This document shows positions 30,385-39,956 of a DNA stretch of 64,000 nucleotides, one piece after another. How positions within the stretch are numbered: position 1 is the first letter of the stretch; the number at the start of each line of letters is the position of its first letter. Source of the DNA: Vicinamibacteria bacterium (lineage in GTDB: Bacteria; Acidobacteriota; Vicinamibacteria; Marinacidobacterales; Marinacidobacteraceae); NCBI GenBank assembly GCA_965199715.1, contig OZ241322.1, positions 608,001-672,000 on the forward strand, in the 5' to 3' direction. Below the pieces are notes generated by a model. The model saw nothing but the letters and a program-made list of their open reading frames with translations, was not told where the DNA came from and did no database searches. A program made the translations under genes and the position numbers.

Positions 30385-31227
30385 CTACTCCTCGGTCCCG
30401 CCGGAGTGCGAGGCGATCGCCGCCCGGATCGCCGGGACGGTCACTGAACTCCGATACCGGAAAAGGCGCAGCCCCCAGGCGACGGTCTCGTCCAGCGGGT
30501 CCAGATCCACGCCGTTGATCCGGAAGAGCCCGGCCTTCCGGCGCTCGGCGGTGCGGATCGAATTCGGATCCACGGCGGCCATCATCGAGGACATGGCGAA
30601 CTCGTCGTGGACGCCCTCCGGCTCCTCCTCGATCCCGTTCTCGTTCAGCCACGTCCGCAGCCCCATCACGTCGTAGAACTCGGGGATGAAATGGACCCCC
30701 GGAGCGCCGCCGAACTCGGCGTGCATCTCCTCGGCCACCGCAGCCATTCCGGCCTGGTTGCCGCCGCTGTCCCCAAGGAAGATGACGTGCTGGAAGCCGC
30801 TCGCCCGCAGGCTGCGAGCCACGTCGCGGAGCACGGCCCGGAAGGTCTCCTCGCTGAGGCCGACCGTACCGGGATAGCGCATGTGTCCGGTCGGGGGATC
30901 GAAGTCGCCCTCGGGCACCAGCTTCAGGATGGGCGCCACGAGCGCGTCCCCTAGGTCGCGGGCGATCGCCTCGGTGGCGCCGCGCAGGAGGACGTTGTGC
31001 TTTCCGGTAGCCAGGTACGGGCCGTTCTGCTCCACGCCGCCGCTCGCGACGAGCGCGGTCGTCTTGCCGGCGGCGATGAGGTCCCTCACCTCCATCCAGG
31101 TCAGGTCCTCGATGAACACCGAGTCGCGGATCGGGATCGGGCGGGGCTTGTCCGGCTCCGGCGACTGGGCGGCGGCGACGGACCCCGCGAGCCCGAAGAG
31201 CGTCAGGACGAGGGCGAGCTTGCGCAT
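30385..31227 (-). CDS. Creatininase family protein with signal peptide
   Basis: EDLTWMEV, GGVEQNGP, YPGT, GDSGGN, HDE; Sec signal MRKLALVLTL..AAAQ. Confidence 0.85.
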   Translation of the reverse strand: MRKLALVLTLFGLAGSVAAAQSPEPDKPRPIPIRDSVFIEDLTWMEVRDLIAAGKTTALVASGGVEQNGPYLATGKHNVLLRGATEAIARDLGDALVAPILKLVPEGDFDPPTGHMRYPGTVGLSEETFRAVLRDVARSLRASGFQHVIFLGDSGGNQAGMAAVAEEMHAEFGGAPGVHFIPEFYDVMGLRTWLNENGIEEEPEGVHDEFAMSSMMAAVDPNSIRTAERRKAGLFRINGVDLDPLDETVAWGLRLFRYRSSVTVPAIRAAIASHSGGTEE

Positions 31228-31258
31228 GTTGAAGACTCCTTCCGGTACGGGGGACGGA

Positions 31259-31990
31259 TCAGAGCCCGACCCCGTGGCGGATCACAGTATCGCGATAGTC
31301 CTCTCCCCGCACGTCCACGAACTGGCACGCCTCGCGCAGCCGCGAGACGCCGCGCTCGGTGATCTTGTCGGCGAGGCGGACGCCCTCCCGCGTGCCCTCC
31401 GCGTCGAAGACGCTGGTGCACACGAGCGTTCCGCGGTCGTTGTTGTAGCAGCGGGTGAGGATGTAGAGCATCTTCTCGACGACCCACTCCTGCATCATGT
31501 TTTCGCCGAGGTTGTCGAGGACGAGGATCTCGGCCTCGAACAGCGGCTCGAGGAGCGCGTCCTCGGAGGCCTCGCGGTCGCGCAGCGTCCAGCGGAGCCG
31601 TTCGACCAGTTCGGGCACGTACACGAAGCGCACCCACGCGTCGAGCTTTCGCTCCACGACGACGCGCCGGATCGCCGCCACCGCGAGGTGGGTCTTCCCC
31701 ACGCCCGACGAGCCGGTCAGGAAGAGCCCCTCGTGAACGTCGGGCCATGCCTCGGCCCATCGCTCGATCTTGCGCCGGGCGGCGCCCAGCTCCCTTGTCA
31801 GCTCCTCGAACGACTCGAAGGACGCGCTCCGGGAGAGCCGGCGCGGCACCCCGAGGCTCTCGAGCCGCCCGGAGTCGGAGACTCCGACTCCCTCGCAGCC
31901 GCAGGGCGCGACCGGGGATCCCCGATCCTCGGGATCGCGGCGCACCCAGCCCGTGCCCCCGCACTTCGGACAGGGAGCCTTCGTTCTCAC
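31259..31990 (-). CDS. DnaC/IstB-like AAA+ ATPase with N-terminal Zn knuckle
   Basis: CPKCGGTGW..PCGC, Walker A GSSGVGKTHLA, ILVLDNLG, SRLREAC..G.DYR; GTGA overlap with hspR stop. Confidence 0.85.
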   Translation of the reverse strand: MRTKAPCPKCGGTGWVRRDPEDRGSPVAPCGCEGVGVSDSGRLESLGVPRRLSRSASFESFEELTRELGAARRKIERWAEAWPDVHEGLFLTGSSGVGKTHLAVAAIRRVVVERKLDAWVRFVYVPELVERLRWTLRDREASEDALLEPLFEAEILVLDNLGENMMQEWVVEKMLYILTRCYNNDRGTLVCTSVFDAEGTREGVRLADKITERGVSRLREACQFVDVRGEDYRDTVIRHGVGL

Positions 31991-32376
31991 CCTCGCGCCC
32001 CGGTCGGCGGAACCAGGTCCCGCCGGGGAAGCCGGACGAGCGCCGTCTGCGCGTGGTCGCCGGCCCCGCCGTCCTCCCGCGCCAGCTCCTTGTGGATGAA
32101 CTCGGTGAACGCGGCGATCTCCTGCTGCATGCGCGCCATGCGGCCCCGCATCTCGAGGATGATGTCCACGCCGGCGAGATTCACGCCCATCTCGCGCAGG
32201 TTCAGGATCGCCCGCAGCCGCTCGAGATCCTCCTCGCCATAGAGGCGGGTGTTCCCTTCGGTCCGCGACGGGCGCAGCAGGCCCTCCCGCTCGTACAGGC
32301 GAAGGGTCTGCGGGTGGATGTCGAACATCTCGGCGACCGCGCTGATCATGTACAGGCCCTTGCGCTCCGGACTCAT
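31987..32376 (-). CDS. hspR: Heat-shock repressor HspR (MerR family)
   Basis: YMISAVAEMFDIHPQTLRLYEREGLL.PSRTEGNTRLY, GVNLAGV; follows dnaJ. Confidence 0.92.
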   Translation of the reverse strand: MSPERKGLYMISAVAEMFDIHPQTLRLYEREGLLRPSRTEGNTRLYGEEDLERLRAILNLREMGVNLAGVDIILEMRGRMARMQQEIAAFTEFIHKELAREDGGAGDHAQTALVRLPRRDLVPPTGARG

Positions 32377-33485
32377 GCCGATCCTCCGCCGAGCCGCTCG
32401 GCCATGCCCTCGCGGGGCGACGCGGCGTTCCGTCGGTCCAGCTCCTCCACGAGCTCGCGGGAGCGGTCGTCGCGCACTTCCGGAATCCGGACGTTGACCT
32501 CGAAGTAGAGATCGCCGCGGGTGTCGCCGCGCGCCGAGCGGGCCCCGCGCTCGGCAACCCGCAGGCGCGCTCCGGGCTGCATGCCGGGCGGAAGGCGCAG
32601 CGTCACCGGACCGCTCGGGGTGGGCACCTCGATCCGCCCTCCGAGCGCCGCCTCCCGAAGCGTCAGCGTGAGCGGGCAGATGAGGTTGTCCCCGCGTCGC
32701 TCGAGCAGCTCGTGCGGCTCCACCTGGACGTGCAGGTGGAGATCTCCGGGACGGCCGTCGCCCGCCCGCTCGTGCCCCTTGCCCGAGACGACCACGGTGG
32801 CTCCGTCAGCGACCCCCGCGGGGACCCGGACGAGCTCCCGGCTGACCCGGATCCGGGCGCCGCGGCCGCCGCAGGAGTCGCACGGTCCCCGACCGAGGAG
32901 GCCGCGGCCCTCGCACCGGGCGCAAGCTCGGGAGAACACCATGTGGCCGACCCGGCGGAACCGCCTCCCCTTGCCGGCGCAGGCGGCGCAGGGAACGGAC
33001 TCCTCGCGCGGAAGGGTGCCGCTGCCCTCGCAGGGCGGACAGGTCTCCCGGCGGGCGACCCGAAGCCGCACCGAACGCCCCTCGAGCGCCTCGCGGAAGG
33101 ACAGCTTGACCCGGCTGTGAAGGTCAGGCGGCGTCTCGGGGGCCCGCGGCTCCGGCGCCTTGCCGAGGACTTCGCGCAGATCGACGGCGGGATCCGCCGG
33201 TTCGTTCGCGAAATCGAAGCCGGCGAACCCCCAGGCGCGGGGCTTCGGCTCGGCGGCGGCGACCGCGCCGGCGCCGGTGCGGTCGTACTCGGAGCGCTTC
33301 CCCGGGTCGCGGAGGATGAGCCAGGCGGCGTGGATCTCGCGGTACCGGGCGGCCGCGAGCGGATCGCCTGGATTCAGGTCCGGGTGATACCGGCGGACCA
33401 GCCGCCGGTACGCCTGCCGGATGCGGGCGGTGCGAGCCGCCCGCTCGACCCCGAGAACCTGATAGTGGTCGCTTCCCCCAGCCAT
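32373..33485 (-). CDS. dnaJ: Chaperone DnaJ
   Basis: J domain HPD, four CxxCxGxG repeats, C-terminal domain. Confidence 0.92.
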   Translation of the reverse strand: MAGGSDHYQVLGVERAARTARIRQAYRRLVRRYHPDLNPGDPLAAARYREIHAAWLILRDPGKRSEYDRTGAGAVAAAEPKPRAWGFAGFDFANEPADPAVDLREVLGKAPEPRAPETPPDLHSRVKLSFREALEGRSVRLRVARRETCPPCEGSGTLPREESVPCAACAGKGRRFRRVGHMVFSRACARCEGRGLLGRGPCDSCGGRGARIRVSRELVRVPAGVADGATVVVSGKGHERAGDGRPGDLHLHVQVEPHELLERRGDNLICPLTLTLREAALGGRIEVPTPSGPVTLRLPPGMQPGARLRVAERGARSARGDTRGDLYFEVNVRIPEVRDDRSRELVEELDRRNAASPREGMAERLGGGSA

Positions 33486-33506
33486 GGTCGCCGCGCTCGC
33501 GCCCGA

Positions 33507-35426
33507 TCAGTCGCGGACGACCTCCGCATCGATGATGTCGTCGTCGCTCGCGGCCCCGTTGCCCTTTCCGGCCTCGCCGTGCGGCGGCGGAGGCGGAGGC
33601 GACGGGGCGCCTCCGGGCTGGTCGCCGGCGGCCTTCTTGTACATCGCCTCGGCGAGGCGGTGGCTGGCCTTCTCGAGGTCGGAACGGGCCGAGCGGACCC
33701 GCTCCATGTCGTCGCCGCCGAGCGCCGAACGGGCCTCGGCGACGGCCTTCTCGACGCCCTGGGCGGCCTCCGGAGCGATCTTGTCGCGGTTCTCGCCGAG
33801 CATCTTGTCGATCTGGTGGGCGAGGGAGTCGGTCTCGTTGCGGGTCTCGACCTCCTCCCGGCGCTGCTTGTCGGCGTCCTCGTTGGCGGTGGCCTCCGCC
33901 TTCATGGACTCGATCTCGTCCTTGTTCAGGCCGCTCGACGCGGTGATCGTGATGGCCTGCTCGCGCCCGGTCCCCTGATCCTTCGCGGAGACGTTCACGA
34001 TGCCGTTGGCGTCGATGTCGAACGTGACCTCGATCTGCGGCACGCCGCGGGGGGCCGGGGGGATTCCGACCAGGTTGAACTTGCCGAGCGTGCGGTTGTC
34101 GCCGGCCATGGCCCGCTCGCCCTGGAGCACGTGGATCTCGACCTGCGTCTGGTTGTCCCCCGCCGTCGAGAACGTCTCGCTCTTGCGGAACGGAATCGTC
34201 TGGTTCCGCTCGATGAGCCGCGTGAACACCCCGCCGAGCGTCTCGATGCCGAGCGAGAGCGGGGTGACGTCGAGGAGCAACAGGTCCTTCACGTCACCGC
34301 CGAGCACGCCCGCTTGCACCGCGGCCCCGAGCGCGACCACTTCGTCCGGGTTGACGCCCTGGTGGGGCTCGCACCCGAAGATGTCGCGCACGATCTTCTG
34401 GACGAGCGGGGCCCGGGTGGTGCCGCCGACGAGCACGACCTCGTCGATCGCCGAAGCGTCGAACTCGGCGTCCTGAAGCGCCTGCTCGCAGGGCTTGCGG
34501 GTGCGCTCGACGAGATCCCCGACGAGCGACTCGAGCGTCGCCCGGGAGAGGGTCAGCGCGAGATGCTTGGGACCCGAGCCGTCGGCGGTGATGAACGGCA
34601 GGTTGATCTCGGTCTGGTGCGTCGTCGAGAGCTCGATCTTGGCCTTCTCGGCCGCGTCCCTCAGCCGCTGCAGCGCCATCCGGTCGCCGCCGAGGTCCAC
34701 GCCGTCGGACTGCTTGAAGGAGTCCACGATCCAGTCGATGATCCGCTTGTCGAGGTCGTCGCCGCCGAGGTTCGTGTCGCCGTTGGTGGAGCGCACTTCC
34801 ACGACGCCCTCGCCCACCTCGAGGATCGAGATGTCGAAGGTGCCTCCGCCGAAGTCGTACACCGCGATCTTCTCGGCCTTCTTCTTCTCGAGTCCGTAGG
34901 CGAGCGCCGCCGCCGTGGGCTCGTTGACGATCCGGACGACCTCGAGGCCGGCGATCTCGCCCGCGTCCTTGGTCGCCTGCCGCTGGGAGTCGTTGAAGTA
35001 GGCCGGAACCGTGATCACCGCCCGTTCGACGTCCTCGCCGAGATGCTGCTCGGCGGCGCTCTTCATCTTCTGGAGCACCATCGCCGAGACCTGCGGCGGC
35101 GTGTAGCTCTTGCCGCTGAGCTCGACCTCGACCCCGCCGTCATTGCGGCTGCGGACCGCGTACGGGGCGGCGTCGCGCTCGCCCTCCACCTCGTCGAACC
35201 GCCGACCCATGAACCGCTTGATGGAGAACGCCGTGTTCGTGGGGTTCGTGATCGCCTGCCGCTTGGCGACCTCGCCGACGAGGCGCTCGCCCGAACGGGA
35301 GACCCCCACCACCGACGCCGTCGTCCGGCCGCCCTCGGTGTTGGGGATGATGGTGGGCTGCCCGCCCTCCATGACGGCCACGACCGAGTTGGTCGTGCCC
35401 AGGTCGATGCCGATGATCTTGCTCAT
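33507..35426 (-). CDS. dnaK: Chaperone DnaK
   Basis: [38 protein letters not shown]. Confidence 0.98.
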   Translation of the reverse strand: MSKIIGIDLGTTNSVVAVMEGGQPTIIPNTEGGRTTASVVGVSRSGERLVGEVAKRQAITNPTNTAFSIKRFMGRRFDEVEGERDAAPYAVRSRNDGGVEVELSGKSYTPPQVSAMVLQKMKSAAEQHLGEDVERAVITVPAYFNDSQRQATKDAGEIAGLEVVRIVNEPTAAALAYGLEKKKAEKIAVYDFGGGTFDISILEVGEGVVEVRSTNGDTNLGGDDLDKRIIDWIVDSFKQSDGVDLGGDRMALQRLRDAAEKAKIELSTTHQTEINLPFITADGSGPKHLALTLSRATLESLVGDLVERTRKPCEQALQDAEFDASAIDEVVLVGGTTRAPLVQKIVRDIFGCEPHQGVNPDEVVALGAAVQAGVLGGDVKDLLLLDVTPLSLGIETLGGVFTRLIERNQTIPFRKSETFSTAGDNQTQVEIHVLQGERAMAGDNRTLGKFNLVGIPPAPRGVPQIEVTFDIDANGIVNVSAKDQGTGREQAITITASSGLNKDEIESMKAEATANEDADKQRREEVETRNETDSLAHQIDKMLGENRDKIAPEAAQGVEKAVAEARSALGGDDMERVRSARSDLEKASHRLAEAMYKKAAGDQPGGAPSPPPPPPHGEAGKGNGAASDDDIIDAEVVRD

Positions 35427-35493
35427 TTGGGGATCGCGTCTCCAGGGGGAAGTTCCGGCGACTCGCGCCCGCCGGCGGCTTTAGCTGCCGCGT

Positions 35494-35523
35494 ACTATAT
35501 CATATGAGCACATCATTATCACA
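35494..35523 (-). promoter_or_regulatory. dnaK promoter: extended -10 (TGnTATAGT) and HAIR-like HspR operator
   Basis: AT-rich patch; TGAG-N9-ATCA at 35505-35521 versus HAIR core TGAG-N9-CTCA; TGATATAGT on minus strand at 35494-35502. Confidence 0.6.
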
Positions 35524-35546
35524 TAGTGACCACGCCCGCACGCTGG

Positions 35547-36452
35547 TCACATGCCGGAGTCGAGCAGCTCCCGGATCGCCGGCTCCAGCTCTTCCCGCGC
35601 CTGGAAGTTCACGAAGTGGCGCGTGATCGTCCCGTCGCGACCGACGAGAAAAAGCGTCGGAAAGATGTTCACGTTCCCGAGCGCGGCCCGATCCTCCTCG
35701 GTCAGATGCAGGTTCTCGAAGGTGACGCCGCCCCGGTCGAGGTGGCCCTGCCGGTCGGAGTCCTGGTAGGGGAGCTTCAGCACCCGGTCCGCGTTCAGGC
35801 CCACGATCGTGAGCCCGGCTTCCCCCAGATCCTCGTGCAGGGACTGGAGCACCGGCGAGATCTGGACGCAGGGCGGACAGTCGGTGAACCACACGTACAC
35901 GAGCGTCGCGTCGTCCATCAGGGACGAGACCGACGCCTCGCCGCCGGCGAAGCGCTCGCCGAAGATCGGCGGAAGCGCGCGCCCCTCCCAGCCGGTGAGG
36001 CTGCGCGTCACGGCCTGGGCGAACCGCTGGTCGGCGGCGATCATGTCCTTGTCGATCGAGACGAGCTCCCCTTCGGAGTTCCGGGTCAGGAACCGGGGCA
36101 CGCGGGGGTCCGCCTCCATGATGCGGAGCACGATGTCCGCGCCTTCCTCGCCGTAGAGCGAGAACTGGCCCGCGATCTCGGCGAGCGTGGGGAGGCGCTC
36201 CTCCCTCCCCTCGAACTCGGCGACGAAGAGCGGCACCCGGAAGAACACGTCGTTCAGGCGGCCGAGCGCGCGCTGCTCGTCCGGAGCGGAAAAGCGCTCC
36301 ACGAGCTCCGACAGGAGCAGCCGCTCGCCCGGGACGAGCGTGTCGCGCACGTGCTCGAGGATGCGGCGCTCGGCGTCCGCCGGCGACTGCGCGGCGGCGC
36401 CCGGAAGCCACAGGGCGCCGAGAAGGACCAAGATCAGCGGGAGACGGTTCAT
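35547..36452 (-). CDS. Exported TlpA/ResA-like disulfide reductase with N-terminal extension
   Basis: Signal peptide; VWFTDCPPCVQ, IVGLNAD, FPTLFLVGRDG. Confidence 0.85.
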   Translation of the reverse strand: MNRLPLILVLLGALWLPGAAAQSPADAERRILEHVRDTLVPGERLLLSELVERFSAPDEQRALGRLNDVFFRVPLFVAEFEGREERLPTLAEIAGQFSLYGEEGADIVLRIMEADPRVPRFLTRNSEGELVSIDKDMIAADQRFAQAVTRSLTGWEGRALPPIFGERFAGGEASVSSLMDDATLVYVWFTDCPPCVQISPVLQSLHEDLGEAGLTIVGLNADRVLKLPYQDSDRQGHLDRGGVTFENLHLTEEDRAALGNVNIFPTLFLVGRDGTITRHFVNFQAREELEPAIRELLDSGM

Positions 36453-36513
36453 GCCCGCCATTCTACGAAGCCGCCGGGCCGGCCGCCCTGGGGCGCGGTT
36501 TAGACTCGCGCCC

Positions 36514-37857
36514 GTGTTCCGATCGCTCGCCGCCGCCCTCGCCGCCGCCGCGCTGGCCGGCTGCGCCGCCCGTCCCCTTCCGGAGATCCCGACAGTTCCG
36601 TTCGAGCACTGGAGGTACGCCGAGACGGCGGACGTGTCGCTCTCCGGGGGAGCGGCGGCGTTGTGGGGCGAGATCCGGGCCGGACAGCTGCGGCAGGCCA
36701 CCGACACCCTCATGGGCCTCGAGGCGGCGGCCCCCGGCGACGCGACCACGCTCGCGCTCGCCGGCTTCCTCGATGTCCGGCTCGGGCGGCTCGACGACGC
36801 GGAGGTTCGTTTCGGGGACGCGGCCCGCGCCGACGGCGCGAGCGGCCTCGCGCTCCTCGGCGGCGCGCTGCTCGCGCTGGAGCGCGGGGACGCGGAAGCC
36901 GCCTTCCCGCGGCTGCGGCGGCTGGCCGAACTGGCCCCGGACGCTCCGGTCGTCGTGGACTTCCTTCCCGACATGACCCTCGACGCCGCGGAGTCCCGAC
37001 TGACCGAGGCGCGTCGGCTCGCGGCTGACGGGGCGTCGGCCGGAGACGTGGCGAGGGGCTACGAAGCCGCGCTCGAGCTGGTGCCGGACGCGGGCGGCCT
37101 GCTCGTCGAGGCCGCGGACGCGGCGCTCGCGGCGGGCGCTCCTTCGACCGCGCTCGGCTGGTACGACGAGGCCGCCCGCGACGCCGAGGGGCTCGAGACC
37201 CAACTGGGGATTCGGCTCGGAGCCGTCGACGCGGCGCTCCTCGCCGGCGATCCGGATGAGGCCGCCGCACGGCTCGGCGCCGTCCGTTCCGAGCTGGAGG
37301 CCAACCGGTTCCCCGCGATGGACGAGCGCGCCCGGGCGCTCGAGTCCCGTATCGAGCGCGCCCGGCTCCCGGCGGCCTACCAGCGCATCCGGGAATCCGA
37401 ACGAATCAGCCGGGAGGAGCTCGCCGCGGTGCTGGCGGCGGAACTGGGTTCGGCCAGCGCCTCGGCCCCGGTGATCGCCATCGACATCGAACGAAGCTGG
37501 GCGGCCGGCATGATCCGCGAAGCGGTGGCCGCGGGCTACCTCGCGCTGTTCCCCGACCACACCTTCCAGCCGCGCGGCCTCGTCAGCCGGGCCGCGCTCG
37601 CCGAATCGCTCGCGAACGCGCTCTCCGTCCACGATCCGGATCGCTACCGGGCGGCCGGGGCGGCCAGTCGGGAACGCGCCTTCGGCGACCTTGCGGCGCG
37701 CCATCCCCAGCGCGACGCGGCCGCGATCGCCGTCGAGCTCGGGCTGCTGACGGCCCGCGACGGCCGGTTCGCGCCGCGGGACTTCGCGTCGGGGGCCGAG
37801 GCGGTGCGGGCGGTGTTCGCGCTGCGCGACCTGCTCGACCTGAACCGGCCCGGCTGA
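36514..37857 (+). CDS. TPR-like + S-layer homology (SLH) domain lipoprotein
   Basis: Lipobox LAGC; helical repeats; SLH-like DIERSWA..I...FPDHTFQP..VSRA and a second copy. Confidence 0.75.
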   Translation: MFRSLAAALAAAALAGCAARPLPEIPTVPFEHWRYAETADVSLSGGAAALWGEIRAGQLRQATDTLMGLEAAAPGDATTLALAGFLDVRLGRLDDAEVRFGDAARADGASGLALLGGALLALERGDAEAAFPRLRRLAELAPDAPVVVDFLPDMTLDAAESRLTEARRLAADGASAGDVARGYEAALELVPDAGGLLVEAADAALAAGAPSTALGWYDEAARDAEGLETQLGIRLGAVDAALLAGDPDEAAARLGAVRSELEANRFPAMDERARALESRIERARLPAAYQRIRESERISREELAAVLAAELGSASASAPVIAIDIERSWAAGMIREAVAAGYLALFPDHTFQPRGLVSRAALAESLANALSVHDPDRYRAAGAASRERAFGDLAARHPQRDAAAIAVELGLLTARDGRFAPRDFASGAEAVRAVFALRDLLDLNRPG

Positions 37858-37874
37858 CCTCCGGTCTTTCTCCG

Positions 37875-39380
37875 GTGACGATCCCTTCCCGCGAGGACTT
37901 CGGCCGCCTGGCCGAGTCGCACAACCTGATCCCGATCCGGCGCGAGATCCTCGCCGACTGCGTGACGCCGGTCTCCACCTTCCGCCGCATCGCCGGGGAC
38001 GGGCCGTCGTTCCTCATGGAGTCGGTCGAGGGCGGCGAGCACGTGGCCCGCTACACGTTCCTCGGGACGGCCCCGCGGATGGTCGTCGAGAGCAACGGCG
38101 ACCGGATCGTCCACCGCGGGCCCGGCGGCGAGGTTCTCCGCGAGTTCCGGCACCCGGACCCGCTCGCCGCGATGCGGGAGACGATCCGGGGCACGCGGGC
38201 CGCTCCGGTTCCCGGGCTGCCGCCGTTCTCGGGCGGCTACGTGGGGGTTCTCGGGTACGACGCCGCCCGCCGGTACGAAAGGCTCCCGGACCGCTCCCGC
38301 GCCACCGCGACGACCCCGGACTCGGTGTTCCTGCTCGCCGACACGGTCCTCGCCTTCGACCAGGCGCGCCACGTGATCCAGATCATCGTGAACGCCCACG
38401 TGCCCGATCCCTCGCAGGCGGACCGCGCGTGGGAGGAGGCGACCCAGCGCGTCGATTCGGTGGTCGCGCTGCTCGAGCGGCCGGAGGCGGAGATCCGCCC
38501 CTACGGCCGTTCCCGAGCCGACGGACCGCGCTGCGCGTTCCCCGGCGCCGACTCCAACATGGACCGCCACCGCTACGTCGAGGCGGTGCGCCGCGCCAAG
38601 GAGTACATCGGCGGCGGAGACATCATCCAGGTCGTTCCCTCCCAGCGGTTCCGCTCGAGGCTGACCGTCCACCCGTTCGAGTTCTACCGGGCGCTGCGGG
38701 TCGTCAACCCCTCGCCCTACATGTACTACCTCGACCTCGGAAACCTCGTGATCGCCGGCGCGTCCCCCGAGATGATGACCCGCACGACGGGGGACGAGGT
38801 GGAGACGCGGCCGATCGCCGGCACCCGGCCCAGGGGGGCCAACCCGAGCGAGGACCGCGAGCTCGCCGAGGATCTGCTGGCGGACGAGAAGGAGCGCGCC
38901 GAGCACGTCATGCTCGTGGATCTCGCGCGGAACGACATCGGCCGGGTGGCCCGCTACGGCGAGGTGCACGTGGACGACTTCATGACGATCGAGCGCTACT
39001 CGCACGTCATGCACATCGTCTCGAGAGTGCGCGGCCGGCTCCGGGCGGACTGCGACGCCTTCGACGCGCTGCGCGCTACCTTTCCCGCCGGCACGCTCTC
39101 GGGCGCGCCCAAGATCCGCGCCATGGAGATCATCGACGAGCTGGAGCGCGAGCGGCGCGGCGTGTACGGCGGCGCGGTGGGCTACTTCTCCTACGGCGGC
39201 GACTCGGACACCGCCATCGCCATCCGCACGCTCGTCGCGCAGGACGGGGTCGCCTCGTTCCAGGCCGGCGGCGGCGTGGTCGCCGATTCGGACCCGGAAG
39301 CCGAGTACGAGGAGAGCCGGAACAAGGCCGGAGCGGTGCTGCAGGCGCTCGCCATGGCGCACGAGGGAGGGTTCCGATGA
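37875..39380 (+). CDS. trpE: Anthranilate synthase component I
   Basis: MESVEGGE..ARY, NPSPYMYYL, PIAGTRPRG, KERAEHVMLVDLARND, PAGTLSGAPK. Confidence 0.92.
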   Translation: MTIPSREDFGRLAESHNLIPIRREILADCVTPVSTFRRIAGDGPSFLMESVEGGEHVARYTFLGTAPRMVVESNGDRIVHRGPGGEVLREFRHPDPLAAMRETIRGTRAAPVPGLPPFSGGYVGVLGYDAARRYERLPDRSRATATTPDSVFLLADTVLAFDQARHVIQIIVNAHVPDPSQADRAWEEATQRVDSVVALLERPEAEIRPYGRSRADGPRCAFPGADSNMDRHRYVEAVRRAKEYIGGGDIIQVVPSQRFRSRLTVHPFEFYRALRVVNPSPYMYYLDLGNLVIAGASPEMMTRTTGDEVETRPIAGTRPRGANPSEDRELAEDLLADEKERAEHVMLVDLARNDIGRVARYGEVHVDDFMTIERYSHVMHIVSRVRGRLRADCDAFDALRATFPAGTLSGAPKIRAMEIIDELERERRGVYGGAVGYFSYGGDSDTAIAIRTLVAQDGVASFQAGGGVVADSDPEAEYEESRNKAGAVLQALAMAHEGGFR

Positions 39381-39955
39381 CGCTCGTCCTCGACAACTTC
39401 GACTCGTTCACCTACAACCTCGTCCAGTTGCTCGGCTCGCTCGGGGCGAATCCCCGCGCCGTCCGCAACGACGCCTGGTCGGTGGCCGACGTCCGGGAGC
39501 GGGCGCCCGACCGGATTGTGCTCTCGCCGGGCCCCGGATGGCCGAAGGACGCCGGCGTCTCGCTCGATCTGATCCGCGCGTTGGGGGGCGCGATCCCGAT
39601 CCTCGGCGTCTGCCTCGGGCACCAGTGCGTCGTGCAGGCGTTCGGCGGATCCATCCGCCGGGCGCGGCGGCTGGTGCACGGAAAGACGTCCCTCATCCGC
39701 CACTCCGGGGCCGAACTCTTCGACGGGCTGGACGACCCGTTCGCCGGAATGCGCTATCACTCCCTCGTGGCCGCCGAACCGCTCCCCTCCGACCTCGAAG
39801 TGACCGCCAGGTCGAACGACGACGGGGAGGTCATGGGCGTCCGGCACCGCAGCCTGCCCATCTGGGGCGTCCAGTTCCATCCGGAATCCATACTCTCGCC
39901 AGCGGGGACGGACATCCTCGCTAATTTCCTCGAGCTCACCAACGCCGATTCCTGA
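39377..39955 (+). CDS. trpG: Anthranilate synthase component II (glutamine amidotransferase)
   Basis: DNFDSFTYNL, SPGPG, GVCLGHQ, RYHSL, QFHPES. Confidence 0.92.
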   Translation: MTLVLDNFDSFTYNLVQLLGSLGANPRAVRNDAWSVADVRERAPDRIVLSPGPGWPKDAGVSLDLIRALGGAIPILGVCLGHQCVVQAFGGSIRRARRLVHGKTSLIRHSGAELFDGLDDPFAGMRYHSLVAAEPLPSDLEVTARSNDDGEVMGVRHRSLPIWGVQFHPESILSPAGTDILANFLELTNADS

Positions 39956-39956
39956 C

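Noticed and set aside
31259-31990. IS21 element or prophage replication module
   Set aside because: No IstA transposase, terminal repeats, integrase or phage genes nearby; host-like codon usage.
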